Assembly: GCA_034408725.1 (NCBI GenBank)
Contig: JAWXCN010000182.1
Span: 1 to 64,000 of the forward strand
Reading direction: 5' to 3'
DNA length: 64,000 nt
DNA from: Candidatus Hydrogenedentota bacterium
Lineage (GTDB): Bacteria > Hydrogenedentota > Hydrogenedentia > Hydrogenedentales > SLHB01
Below the pieces are notes generated by a model. It had not been told where the DNA came from. It made no database searches and saw nothing but the letters and a program-made list of their open reading frames with translations. Positions 1-9,132 of the stretch are shown here, in pieces. Each line of letters starts with the position of its first letter. Within the stretch, counting starts at the first letter, position 1. The translations under genes were made by a program, and so were the position numbers.

Positions 1-156
1 ACGTATGTATATGTGTCTAGCCTGCCACTTCCTTCGAGCGTAAAGTTCCGCAATAAGCTGAAAGCGCGGTTCAGCCACGTAAGCATGTCCCGCATCGTAT
101 GGCGGAATGTTCCGCCAGCAATCGTCGTTTGCGGCCGAAAGTAGTCCGGCGCTCGA

Positions 157-2781
157 TTACGCGTTCCATTTCAACGCAAGCAGTGTTATGTCATCGTGCC
201 GAGGCGCCCTGCCCGAAAAAGCATTCACGTCGTCGAGAATGAGCTTGGTGGTGAGTTGGGCGTTGTGGCTGTTCACGCGGCCCAAAACGTTGATCAAACG
301 TGACTCGTCGTAGAGGTTGTGATCGGCGTCCATCGCCTCCGTTACGCCGTCGGTATATATCACGAAACAATCGCCGTGGGTAAGATAGAGTTCGCCTTCC
401 TTGTACGCGGCATCCCCGTCGATGCCAAGGATTAATCCGCCGTAGGCTTCCATTTCCCTGACGCTGCCTTCCAAGGATACGAGGAACGGTGGGGGATGCC
501 CCGCGATGCTGTAGACGATTTTTCCGGACGAGATATGCAACACGCCGTAGACCATTGTGACGAAAAAGGCCGTTTCATTTTCCTCGCTCAACTGACGGTT
601 CAACTGGGTGAGGCAGTCCGCGACCGACGCCGCTGAACGGGCCGACGCTTTGAGAATGGTCAGCGTCATCGCCATCACCAGTGCGCCCGGTACGCCTTTT
701 CCCGAAACGTCGCCGATTGCGAATGCCAGGCGGTCGTCATCCAAGAGGTAGAAGTCGAAGAAGTCGCCGCCGACGTCGGTGGCGGGGACCATTTCGGCGT
801 AGATTTCAAATTCGGAGCGTTCGGGAAACGCCGGGAAGTGTTGTGGAAGAAACGATCTTTGGATGGAACGCGCGAGTTCCATTTCGGTTTGAATCTGGGT
901 CAGCCGTTCTTTCATTTGGTGTGCGCGTTTTTGCTCCGTGAGATCGCGCACGAATGCGGTGAAAATGCTTTGACTGCCCTGATTGGCGACAGACACAGAG
1001 AATTCGGCGTAGAATTCGTCGCCGTTCTTCTTTTTCGCAAGCACTTCCTTGCGGGTTGTGCCGCTTTGGGTTCGGCGGAACTCCAAAAATTCCTGCGCGA
1101 CTTCGGCGTACAGCGCGCGCGGAACGATCAACTTTATCACCGGTTGGCCAATGGCTTCGCCGCGCGTATATCCGAACGTTTCCTCCGCGCTTTCGTTCCA
1201 CCCGATGACATTCGCCATTTCATCAGTGATGATCACCGCATCAAGTGCCTTTTCAAGGACCAGCCGGTTGCGTTCTTCACTCTCACGAAGGCGCACTTCT
1301 GCCGCGTTCCGCTCGTGGGCCTCGAGCGCCAGCGCAACGAAATCCGCCAATGACGCCGCGAAATACTCTTCGTCGGGATGCCATTCGCGCGCCGGGCCGA
1401 CGTGCTCATTGCACAAGATGCCGCCGAGGCGCTGTCCCATGCGAATTGGGGCGTCCAGCATGGAGTTAATATTCAATGCGGTGAGATACGATTCTGAGAA
1501 TTCGGAGGTGCGCGGGTCCTTGTGGGCGTCGGACGCTGCGATGATCCGGTTTTCCGCGAGCGCTTTGAAGTAGGAAGGGTAATCCGCGCGCGTGAGGAAA
1601 GCGCCATCGGCGAAGTCACCCGTTGCCGCGTTATAGAGACAGATGCAACGAATCCGCGAATTTCCTTCTTCGAGAAGCCAAACACTCGCGCGCTCGACCT
1701 CGAGCGTCTGAACCGCCGCGGACGTAATCTGTCGTAGCGCATTTTCCAGATCGCCTTTTCCGATGGCGTCACTGCGGGCAAGCGTCATCAGGAGCCGGCT
1801 TTGCGTGGCCATCCGGTCCCGGCCGCTTTGCAATATATTTTCCACGCGCGCGCGCGATCCGACTTCCTGTTCGAGTTCTTCATTTTTACTGCGCAGTTCC
1901 GCGGTCTTGCGCGCGACCTCCCGGCGCATTAACGCACTCGCCGATATTGCGGAGACGACGCCCAGAAGGCCGAGTCCCAATGCCCACGGAATCCACCACG
2001 GCATCTCTTCGGGCATGACACGCCCCAGCCAACGGTCTACGGCGCGATTATAGGCGGAATCCGGGTCGCGCTTTTGTTTACGCAGATTGCCGTCAATGGC
2101 GTCTCGGATCTCCGCGTTCTTCCCTTTGGGAAACGCTATTCGCACCTGGATCGGATCGAGCACGATGGGGCTGCGCCGCACACCGTAGGTGCTTTCCAAT
2201 CGCAGTCCGGCGATGCGGCTGAACAGTCCCGCATCCACACGGCGGTGTTCGACGGCCTGCATCGAGTCCTTGTAGTCGTCGAATTCAACGTAGTTTGCGG
2301 TAATTCCGAAATCGCCGAGCAACCTTTGCAACGGTAGCGCGTGTACGTCGTTGCGCATCACCGCGATGGTCTTTCCCTCCAAATCCGGTATAAACCGCAT
2401 GTCGGAACCGGGCTGTGTGTAGATTTGTGCCCAGGTCGAGATGATGGCTTCCGATGAAAAATCCATCTTTTCCGCGCGCTCTTCGGAATAGCCGATATCG
2501 AGCAGCAGGTCGATTTCACCCCGGTCCAGCCGTTCCAGGCATTCCTGCCAGGTTCCGAACACGTACTCGATCTCCCAGTTTTCCTGCTGGGCAATATCGT
2601 CGAGGACGTCGACTTGCAACCCCGCGGCCTTGCCGTCCTGATCGAGAAAGACCATGGGCTGGTTCTCATATATCCCCGCGCCTACATGTATTGGTTGGGC
2701 GTGCGCGATGTGCGTGGCGCATATGCATGCAGCAAGCAAGGTGTGGAAGTGCCACAGGGTACTCATGGCCTGTTGCTCCAT
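157..2781 (-). CDS. Sensory PP2C-family (SpoIIE/RsbU-like) Ser/Thr phosphatase: periplasmic solute-binding domain, TM, GAF, PAS, PP2C
   Basis: Signal peptide; family-3 SBP-like N-terminus (GLQVDVLDDIAQQENWEIEY); TM helix; GAF (SMLDAPIR..GILCNEH); PAS; PP2C motifs VGGDFFD, IGDVSGKG, YTDGVTEA, DDIT. Confidence 0.9.
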   Translation of the reverse strand: MEQQAMSTLWHFHTLLAACICATHIAHAQPIHVGAGIYENQPMVFLDQDGKAAGLQVDVLDDIAQQENWEIEYVFGTWQECLERLDRGEIDLLLDIGYSEERAEKMDFSSEAIISTWAQIYTQPGSDMRFIPDLEGKTIAVMRNDVHALPLQRLLGDFGITANYVEFDDYKDSMQAVEHRRVDAGLFSRIAGLRLESTYGVRRSPIVLDPIQVRIAFPKGKNAEIRDAIDGNLRKQKRDPDSAYNRAVDRWLGRVMPEEMPWWIPWALGLGLLGVVSAISASALMRREVARKTAELRSKNEELEQEVGSRARVENILQSGRDRMATQSRLLMTLARSDAIGKGDLENALRQITSAAVQTLEVERASVWLLEEGNSRIRCICLYNAATGDFADGAFLTRADYPSYFKALAENRIIAASDAHKDPRTSEFSESYLTALNINSMLDAPIRMGQRLGGILCNEHVGPAREWHPDEEYFAASLADFVALALEAHERNAAEVRLRESEERNRLVLEKALDAVIITDEMANVIGWNESAEETFGYTRGEAIGQPVIKLIVPRALYAEVAQEFLEFRRTQSGTTRKEVLAKKKNGDEFYAEFSVSVANQGSQSIFTAFVRDLTEQKRAHQMKERLTQIQTEMELARSIQRSFLPQHFPAFPERSEFEIYAEMVPATDVGGDFFDFYLLDDDRLAFAIGDVSGKGVPGALVMAMTLTILKASARSAASVADCLTQLNRQLSEENETAFFVTMVYGVLHISSGKIVYSIAGHPPPFLVSLEGSVREMEAYGGLILGIDGDAAYKEGELYLTHGDCFVIYTDGVTEAMDADHNLYDESRLINVLGRVNSHNAQLTTKLILDDVNAFSGRAPRHDDITLLALKWNA

Positions 2782-2877
2782 TTCGTCCGGGCGAGCAAAA
2801 GGCCCGTAGTTCCACCGGTGGTATGTGGCGGGTCAACAATAACGAGATTCATTTCTTACCATGCCACGTGTGTTTAG

Positions 2878-2893
2878 GGCGACTTCCATGCCA
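2878..2893 (-). promoter_or_regulatory. Possible sigma54 -24/-12 promoter for the phosphatase
   Basis: Minus strand reads TGGCATGGAAGTCGCC: GG-N10-GC spacing, but TCGC instead of TTGC. Confidence 0.4.
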
Positions 2894-3123
2894 TAGCCCC
2901 AGATGCCGTTTCAATACTGTAGCAAAATGAATGCATTTACCAAATGGAGCCGCAGGTCATTTCTTTCATATGTAGGGATTGCGACGCGCGCTTGAGAAAC
3001 AGCCAAAAAATACGAAACTTGACCGAGTGTTGGTTGAATTGTCGCAAAGGGAGGTACCGTAAAACGACCGAGTCGTGCCCTTAAGCAGCAGCTTCACAGT
3101 AGGTTATGGCGGGCGCAGGTTTA

Positions 3124-3139
3124 CGGCACAAGGTTTGCT
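3124..3139 (+). promoter_or_regulatory. sigma54 -24/-12 promoter
   Basis: CGGCACAAGGTTTGCT matches YGGCAC-N5-TTGCW, ending ~45 nt upstream of the GTG at 3183. Confidence 0.7.
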
Positions 3140-3182
3140 CATTCCTAATCGAGGGATTGGAACAACGCAGGGAGGGTGAATC

Positions 3183-3455
3183 GTGAGACAGTTTATCGGC
3201 GGATTGCTTCTAGGGGCCGTGATGACCCTTGTGGCCGGAGCGCTGATTGGCCCGGAAATTACGCTGTCAAACGTTGCTTCCGGCAATGATGGTCTTGGCC
3301 AAGGCCGCTACGATTTCCAGATTGAGGAGAAAGACGGCGTAATTTGTTACGCATTGATCGATACCGCTGAAGGCATCGCAACCGTACGCAATGAAGACGG
3401 CACAACCATCACCGTGACCGCGCCGCCCGGTATGGAGAACCCGCCGCCTGAATAG
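3183..3455 (+). CDS. Small exported/membrane-anchored hypothetical protein
   Basis: GGAGGG RBS before the GTG, hydrophobic N-terminus, sigma54 site upstream. Confidence 0.75.
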   Translation: MRQFIGGLLLGAVMTLVAGALIGPEITLSNVASGNDGLGQGRYDFQIEEKDGVICYALIDTAEGIATVRNEDGTTITVTAPPGMENPPPE

Positions 3456-3500
3456 TCAATGCCGGGGCCGTGCCGTATACTTCATCGCGTGCGTAACGAG

Positions 3501-4340
3501 ATGCAGAATACGTTTTGGACGAGGGCACGGCCAATCGTTGCTCGCGCCGGGTTCCTCGCGCTGCTGCTCGCGGGAGGAGGATTGACGGTGTTATATGCCT
3601 TCCAAGAGGCGATGCTCTTTCCAGCCAGCCGGGATGTATGGCGCGTACCCTCAGACGGGCCCTATCAGTGGCAGTATGACGAAGTCCAACTCCGTGTTGG
3701 CGCGGAAAATACTCATGGCTGGTTCATTCCGCGGGAAAATGCGGCGGGCGTCATTCTCTTCTCACACGGAAACGGCGGAAACATTGCGGATAGACTTGAA
3801 CATTACGCGATGTTTCGCGATCTTGGATACGCTTTGTTTGCGTACGACTATGGGGGCTATGGAAAAAGCACCGGAAAGCCGTCGGAACAGCGTTGCTACG
3901 AGGATATTCGCGCTGCGTGGAAGTACCTCACGATAACGCGCGGGCTATCTCCCGACTCCATCGTATTGTACGGGGAGTCTTTGGGCGGAGGAGTGGCTTG
4001 TGATCTCGCGGCGGAAGTGAAACCGCGCGCAACAATTTTGCAGAGCACGTTTCTATCCGTCACCAGGCGCGCACAAGAAATTTTTCCATTTCTACCCGTG
4101 CGATGGCTCCTGAAACACCGCTTCGACAGCGATTCCAAGATAGGGCGGTTGAATGCGCCGCTGCTTTTGATTCACAGCCCTGAAGACACGATTGTCCCGT
4201 TCCATCATGGTCGCGGCTTGTTTGATCTCGCGCCCGAACCGAAAACATTCCTCGAACTTCACGGGGACCACAATGAATGCATTTACGAAAGCGAAGATGA
4301 ATTTCGCGACGGAGTGCGCGCATTTCTAGATGCCTTGTGA
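3501..4340 (+). CDS. Alpha/beta hydrolase (ABHD17/BEM46-like), membrane-anchored
   Basis: HGNGGN, YDYGGYG.S.G.PSE, nucleophile GESLGG, EDTIVP, GDHN; start at ATG 3501 preferred to 3459. Confidence 0.9.
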   Translation: MQNTFWTRARPIVARAGFLALLLAGGGLTVLYAFQEAMLFPASRDVWRVPSDGPYQWQYDEVQLRVGAENTHGWFIPRENAAGVILFSHGNGGNIADRLEHYAMFRDLGYALFAYDYGGYGKSTGKPSEQRCYEDIRAAWKYLTITRGLSPDSIVLYGESLGGGVACDLAAEVKPRATILQSTFLSVTRRAQEIFPFLPVRWLLKHRFDSDSKIGRLNAPLLLIHSPEDTIVPFHHGRGLFDLAPEPKTFLELHGDHNECIYESEDEFRDGVRAFLDAL

Positions 4341-4387
4341 AGCCCGAAACGAGCGGAACCGGTTCGAGGCCGTTGTGTTCCCTGAAG

Positions 4388-5209
4388 ATGGCGCGACGAT
4401 TCTTTCCAGCACTGGCCGCCGTTGCGTTTTTAATCGCGGCGGCGCAACCACTCATTTACGGCTATCAGGCCCAGCTTGTTTTTAATCCGGGACACGCGGC
4501 GACTCCGACGCCCGAGGACCACGGTTGGACGTTCGAGGACGTCTGGTTGGATGTGCGATGGCGCGAAACGCATGCCTGGTACATCCGGGGAGAAAACTCT
4601 CGAGGGGTGGCCCTGTATTCGCACGGCAACGGAGGCAGCATCGCAGACTGCCTTGAGGACATAGCCGTGTACCGGTCACTTGGATTCGATCTGTTTGTCT
4701 ACGACTATGGCGGGTATGGCTTGAGCACGGGCCAGCCATCGGAGTACCGATGCTATGCGGATATTCGCGCGGCGTGGAAGTATCTGACGGAATCGCAGGG
4801 ATACACTCCTGATCGGATTGTTCTCGTTGGGCGATCACTGGGGACGGGGCCAGCATGCGAACTCTCGGCAACTGTACGGCCCGCGGCGGTGGTGCTTGAA
4901 AGTTCGTTCTACTCGATTGCCAAGTCCGCGGAGGAAGAGTTTCCAAACAATCCATTGCGATACTTGCTTTGGCACAAGTTCGATAACGCGGCAAAGGTCA
5001 AGGACTTTTCGGCCCCGACCCTGTTTGTGCATGGCGAAGAGGACGATGCGAACCCAATCGAGCACGCCGAATTGTTGTTTGACGCCACAGCCGGGCCGAC
5101 GCAGTTTTTAGCGTTGCGTGGTGGTCATAACACCGCCTATTTGATCGAGAGGCAACGCTATGTGGATGCGTTGCGCGAGTTCTTGGATAGCGCGATGAAC
5201 CACGAGTGA
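4388..5209 (+). CDS. Alpha/beta hydrolase, tandem paralog of the preceding gene
   Basis: HGNGGS, YDYGGYG, GRSLGTG, GGHN; start could also be GTG 4337. Confidence 0.9.
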   Translation: MARRFFPALAAVAFLIAAAQPLIYGYQAQLVFNPGHAATPTPEDHGWTFEDVWLDVRWRETHAWYIRGENSRGVALYSHGNGGSIADCLEDIAVYRSLGFDLFVYDYGGYGLSTGQPSEYRCYADIRAAWKYLTESQGYTPDRIVLVGRSLGTGPACELSATVRPAAVVLESSFYSIAKSAEEEFPNNPLRYLLWHKFDNAAKVKDFSAPTLFVHGEEDDANPIEHAELLFDATAGPTQFLALRGGHNTAYLIERQRYVDALREFLDSAMNHE

Positions 5210-5363
5210 GACTTCCGCCACGAAGACCGTCGAAAACTGCGAAACTCTCTCATAATGGAACCCGCCGGGCGCTCGATCCACGGTCGAGCATTGTTAGCGC
5301 GATATGTCTGTGGTAAACTTCCCGCATTCCTCTCTTGGTGCAAAAGTGTGGGGCTAAACAACG

Positions 5364-6464
5364 ATGCTAACTCTCGATAAGATTCTTGCCTATGCGGTGA
5401 AGAACGGCGCCTCGGACGCGCATCTCACGGTCGGAAGTCCACCGGCAGTGCGTGTGGACGGTTCCATTCGCTTTATCCGGGACGTGGAAAACCTGACGCC
5501 GGACGACACGCTCGGTTTTCTCGACATATTATTGTCCCCCGAAAAGAAGCAACGGTTTCTGGACACCGGGGATGCAGACCTTGCGTTCAGCATGCCGGGG
5601 CTGGGCCGTTTTCGTGTGAACGTGATGATGCAGCGCGGCTCGGTTGGCATTGTGATGCGCCACGTGCGCGGCAAGATTCTGGACTTTGGCCAGCTCAACC
5701 TTCCGCCGGCGATGGAGTATGTTTGCCGCATTCCCCGCGGATTGGTGCTGGTGACGGGGACGACGGGTAGTGGCAAATCCACCACGCTGGCTTCGATTAT
5801 CGACAAGATTAATCAGGAACGGCGGTCACATATTGTGACGCTGGAAGACCCCATAGAATTTTTGCATCAAAACAAGAAAAGTATTATCAGCCAGCGTGAA
5901 GTTGGAATCGATACGAATAACTTTCACACGGCCCTGCGGGCGGCGATGCGCGAAGATCCCGACGTGATTCTCATCGGAGAAATGCGCGATGCCGATACAT
6001 TCCAGGCGGCAATTTCCGCGGCCGAAACGGGCCACCTTGTGTTCTCGACCCTGCACACGACGAACGCGATGCTCACGGTTGACCGGATTATCGATTTGTT
6101 CCCGTCAAGCCAGCACGGGCAGGTACGGTCGCAATTGTCGTTGCAGTTGCGTGGATGTATCGCGCAGCGCCTGCTTCAATCCAAGGACGGCGAAGGCCGC
6201 GTGCCCGCGATCGAGATCATGTTCAACACGCCCGCCATCGCATCGCTCATCAAGGAAAACAATCTCAAGGTAATTCCCAACGCCATCGCCGGCGGCAAGG
6301 AAGACGGGATGCAGACCTTTAACATGAGCCTGGTGGATCTCGTCAAGCGGGGATTGGTGTCGCAGGACGAAGCCGAATGGAACTCGGACAACCCGGATGA
6401 ATTGAAGATGAACCTGCAAGGCATCTTCCTCAGCCAGGGCCGCGGCGGAATTTTGAAACGCTGA
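5364..6464 (+). CDS. pilT: Type IV pilus retraction ATPase, PilT/PilU family
   Basis: Walker A GTTGSGKS, EDPIE, QREVG.D, REDPDVILIGEMRD, TGHLVFSTLHT, GMQTFN; AIRNLIRE variant AIASLIKE and a C-terminal extension (PilU-like). Confidence 0.9.
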   Translation: MLTLDKILAYAVKNGASDAHLTVGSPPAVRVDGSIRFIRDVENLTPDDTLGFLDILLSPEKKQRFLDTGDADLAFSMPGLGRFRVNVMMQRGSVGIVMRHVRGKILDFGQLNLPPAMEYVCRIPRGLVLVTGTTGSGKSTTLASIIDKINQERRSHIVTLEDPIEFLHQNKKSIISQREVGIDTNNFHTALRAAMREDPDVILIGEMRDADTFQAAISAAETGHLVFSTLHTTNAMLTVDRIIDLFPSSQHGQVRSQLSLQLRGCIAQRLLQSKDGEGRVPAIEIMFNTPAIASLIKENNLKVIPNAIAGGKEDGMQTFNMSLVDLVKRGLVSQDEAEWNSDNPDELKMNLQGIFLSQGRGGILKR

Positions 6465-6468
6465 TTTT

Positions 6469-6654
6469 TTAGGGCGTCGCGATCGCGCGGTTATTGAAAA
6501 GGCCTGGAGCGGCCGCCACGTGATTGCGTTGTTGGATTCCGATGAAGTCCTTTTCGTTTTGCACGAACGCATCTACTATTTCCGGTTGGAAGTGGGTACC
6601 GCGGCCTTCCAGGAGGATGGCCTTGCTTTTTTCGTGCGAGAATGCGTCTTTGTG
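6469..6654 (-). pseudogene. Orphan 3' end of an HD-GYP domain gene
   Basis: HKDAFSHEKSKAILLEGRGTHFQPEIVDAF matches the HD-GYP C-terminal pattern YK.A.SHE....I..G.GTHFDP..VDAF; the HD and GYP motifs are absent. Confidence 0.7.
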
Positions 6655-6846
6655 TTGATTCGCCTGGTTCGTGCAGTGCAATTGGACGTTCGAGCCGTTG
6701 ACGATGGTCCAGTTGCCTGGCATTGCCACGCTTGTGCCGGGAGGGGTCACGAGTATGCTGCCTTCGCCGTCTTGTTCCATTGTGATGACACGGTACGTGA
6801 GCGAGCCGCCGCTGGAGGCTTCAGCGATGTTGGAAGTAATCGAAAG
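6655..6846 (-). pseudogene. Fragment resembling a beta-rich surface-protein repeat (InlB B-repeat-like), in frame with the HD-GYP remnant
   Basis: Frame reads *LSITSNIAEASSGGSLTYRVITMEQDGEGSILVTPPGTSVAMPGNWTIVNGSNVQL and opens right after an in-frame stop next to the repeat at 6852. Confidence 0.35.
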
Positions 6847-6851
6847 TCAAT

Positions 6852-6904
6852 AAATAGGTGACTGTCCCATATTTGCGCTAAATCGTAGTTTGTCCCATCA
6901 ATTC
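6852..6904. repeat. REP-like family B (core GGTGNCNGTCCC), one good and one degenerate copy
   Basis: AAATAGGTGACTGTCCCATATTT (6852-6874) and AAATCGTAGTTTGTCCCATCAATT; inverted near-copy at 17346-17366. Confidence 0.6.
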
Positions 6905-6936
6905 CCTGTGAGAAAAAGTAAGAACCGGTTTCAATA

Positions 6937-8418
6937 TTACTTATTACGATTGAATATATCTGGTAGCTCAGACCGAATTGCCGATTTTGATTTTAGAAAG
7001 TAATTTTCGTCAAACGACGCTTTGAGTATTCGAATCATTTTTACGCCTGCCGGAGTATTGGTTAATACTTCGGCTTGACTCACTGTATCAACGATCAGCT
7101 TATTTATTGTCGCTTGTTCAGGTGTGCGCGCGTAAGGGTCGCCCCCCATGGCGCCCCATATGGCAGTTAATCCGCATTCTCGAATATTCGGGTCTTCGTT
7201 TAACATAAGCGTGAAAATGAACTCCCGTAACAGATTCAAATCAGCTTGAGATGGAGTGTTGTCAGGGGAAGGTCGAGAGGGCCAGCGATTTATCCCATAT
7301 GCAATGCCCTTTAAAACATTCACGTCGTTGATATTTTTGAAGGTAGCAACTACATCTGGCATTTCCAATTCGGCTAGTATAAGCGCGGCACAGTATGAAG
7401 AGTGGTTTAGATCTGCAGGAAACTGGGATATTCGATTTGCGGCAGCTTTGGCGACACGAGGAGTGAGAGGTAGCGCTGCAGTATATATTTTCTCGAATAA
7501 AAGCAAATCTGCTTCAAGATTCGGCACCCCATTTTCCAAGTAATTGGCAAATGTACTCAGTATAAGATCGGGATGTTTTTTGGCCACGCCAAGAAGTCCA
7601 CGCGCGCATGTAATCTGCACTTCGGGTTCCTCACGTTGAATCCCTGATCCTAGCAGCGATATGCAGTCGAGGCTATCGGTAAGGGGTGGAACTGTCAATG
7701 CCGCGTATGCGTTCAATCTTGTTTGCGGATTGAGAACAGGCGGGGAACGATCAAGCCAATCCTTGATCTTAGCAACAAGCTCCTCCGTGCCAAATTCTGT
7801 GGCAATATCTGCAATATCGGACCGGTCAAGTCTGGGTAAAGATATGACTGCCCATAGTTCTCTATCTATCGGTGACGTGGGAACAAATGGCATTGTTTCT
7901 TCGTCCAAACCGAACTCCCGGTTAATCATATTTCTCGCGGAATCCGAAAATGTTTGTTCCGCTAGCGCCTTGCGGATAGCCGCACGTACTTCATAGCGCA
8001 TTCCGGCAGGAGCGTATTTCAACCCCCATGCGCAGGTGACTCGGGTCATTTCTGACGATTCATTCAACCCCTTCAGCAATGCGGCTGCGGCAGCAGGATC
8101 GGATGCCACCTTTTCATGTCTCAGAAGGTCGTAGGCCTTATTGCGAACTTTGGGATCTTTAAATTCAGGGGATGAATCCAGCCAACTTGTAATGTGCTTT
8201 ACTAATTCCGGGACGTCTCGAGTCATATCTTTGAGCTTGGGAAAGAATGAAGTCTTGCCTACAAGTTTTTGTCGTATTTGTTCAAAGATGTCTGTCTGCT
8301 GCGCGGAACTGGCCGATGCACTCCCCTGCGGCATAGGTGCGTCGCTCATGCCAAAAAAGATCATGGAAGACATCACTACAAAAGCACAAGCACCAGACTT
8401 TGGTTTGAAGGAAAGCAT
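6937..8418 (-). CDS. Secreted/membrane-anchored alpha-helical (HEAT-like) hypothetical protein with an internal duplication
   Basis: 493-aa ORF, visibly AT-richer than its flanks, hydrophobic N-terminus, two copies of ELV..I..WLD.SP....P..R..AY...TCA.GL. Confidence 0.8.
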   Translation of the reverse strand: MLSFKPKSGACAFVVMSSMIFFGMSDAPMPQGSASASSAQQTDIFEQIRQKLVGKTSFFPKLKDMTRDVPELVKHITSWLDSSPEFKDPKVRNKAYDLLRHEKVASDPAAAAALLKGLNESSEMTRVTCAWGLKYAPAGMRYEVRAAIRKALAEQTFSDSARNMINREFGLDEETMPFVPTSPIDRELWAVISLPRLDRSDIADIATEFGTEELVAKIKDWLDRSPPVLNPQTRLNAYAALTVPPLTDSLDCISLLGSGIQREEPEVQITCARGLLGVAKKHPDLILSTFANYLENGVPNLEADLLLFEKIYTAALPLTPRVAKAAANRISQFPADLNHSSYCAALILAELEMPDVVATFKNINDVNVLKGIAYGINRWPSRPSPDNTPSQADLNLLREFIFTLMLNEDPNIRECGLTAIWGAMGGDPYARTPEQATINKLIVDTVSQAEVLTNTPAGVKMIRILKASFDENYFLKSKSAIRSELPDIFNRNK

Positions 8419-8439
8419 TGGTTGATTTCCTGTTCTCCG

Positions 8440-8661
8440 CTATTGTGATAGCGGAAACTGTATATCGACGTTTACATCCATTGGTGCTGCTAAATTCAGA
8501 ACAGTACCCTCATTTTCGCAAACGTCATACTGATATATAGCTTGATCGTTAACGAAAAGTTCATGCCAAGGAAAGCCGTCGTGAGCCCCGGCGAATGGGA
8601 ATACTACACCCTCTTCGGTCCATTTTACGCAAAACCCCAAACACAGCAATACAGAAACCAG
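8440..8661 (-). pseudogene. Truncated 3' end of a gene with a DUF3238-like domain
   Basis: GAHDGFPWHELFVNDQAIYQYD...L..PM resembles the DUF3238 HDGFP.HE motif (recalled, not searched); in-frame stop just upstream at 8662-8664. Confidence 0.5.
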
Positions 8662-8773
8662 TCACCCAATTGTTCATGCACCAACTCTGGTGCGTTGGAG
8701 TCGCATTTATACTCCGAGCTGTCAATGGATTATATTTGACTAAATAGGGAATAGAGAACGCAGTCGAAGGCAG

Positions 8774-8942
8774 CTATCTCCCAATAATCTTGCGCAGAGT
8801 ATCGATATGGCGCGGGATGGCTTCTTTGGGGTTTTCGTCGTCTTCGTATTCGAGCACAAGGTAGCCTCGGTAACCCGCGTCTTGCAGGATGCGTGCGACG
8901 CGGGCGAAGTCGGCTGGTTCTTTTTTTCCCGTTGGGTTGGAC
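8774..8942 (-). repeat. Duplicated 3' end of the sugar-phosphate isomerase gene (direct repeat with 16265-16432)
   Basis: 169 vs 168 bp; manual alignment gives 7 substitutions and 1 extra C; encodes ...KKEPADFARVARILQDAGYRGYLVLEYEDDENPKEAIPRHIDTLRKIIGR*. Confidence 0.95.
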
Positions 8943-8969
8943 CAGCGCGCGGGGACGCGCGCCCTCCCG
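8942..8969. repeat. REP-like family A copy (CCAGCGCGCGGGGACGCGCGCCCTCCCG)
   Basis: Exact reverse complement of 61157-61184; internal GCGCG hairpin. Confidence 0.9.
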
Positions 8970-9102
8970 CATGCCCGTGATTCGACTATGAATACGACTA
9001 AAACGAGCATTGAAGGCCGTATTGCACCCGATGCGTCGCTCAATGTTTGCGGCATCGACGAAACCGGACGGATATGCATCGCGCTTACGACCTTGCTCTC
9101 CG

Positions 9103-9132
9103 TTGACATTGCACGTTACAATGCCATAGCCT
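9103..9132 (+). promoter_or_regulatory. Candidate sigma70 promoter with a dyad operator in the spacer
   Basis: TTGACA (9103-9108), 18 nt, TAGCCT (9127-9132); imperfect palindrome CATTGCACGTTACAATG at 9107-9123. Confidence 0.5.

Noticed and set aside
1-95. Start of a minus-strand gene running off the left edge
   Set aside because: Only ~30 codons are visible, with no recognisable motif
6469-6780. 103-aa ORF as an intact protein
   Set aside because: It looks like a junction of two unrelated fragments and lacks the HD-GYP catalytic motifs
8730-9109. ORFs 8774..9109 (-) and 8730..8972 (-) as real genes
   Set aside because: They read through the REP into the duplicated isomerase tail; chimeric, with no RBS or coherent N-terminus
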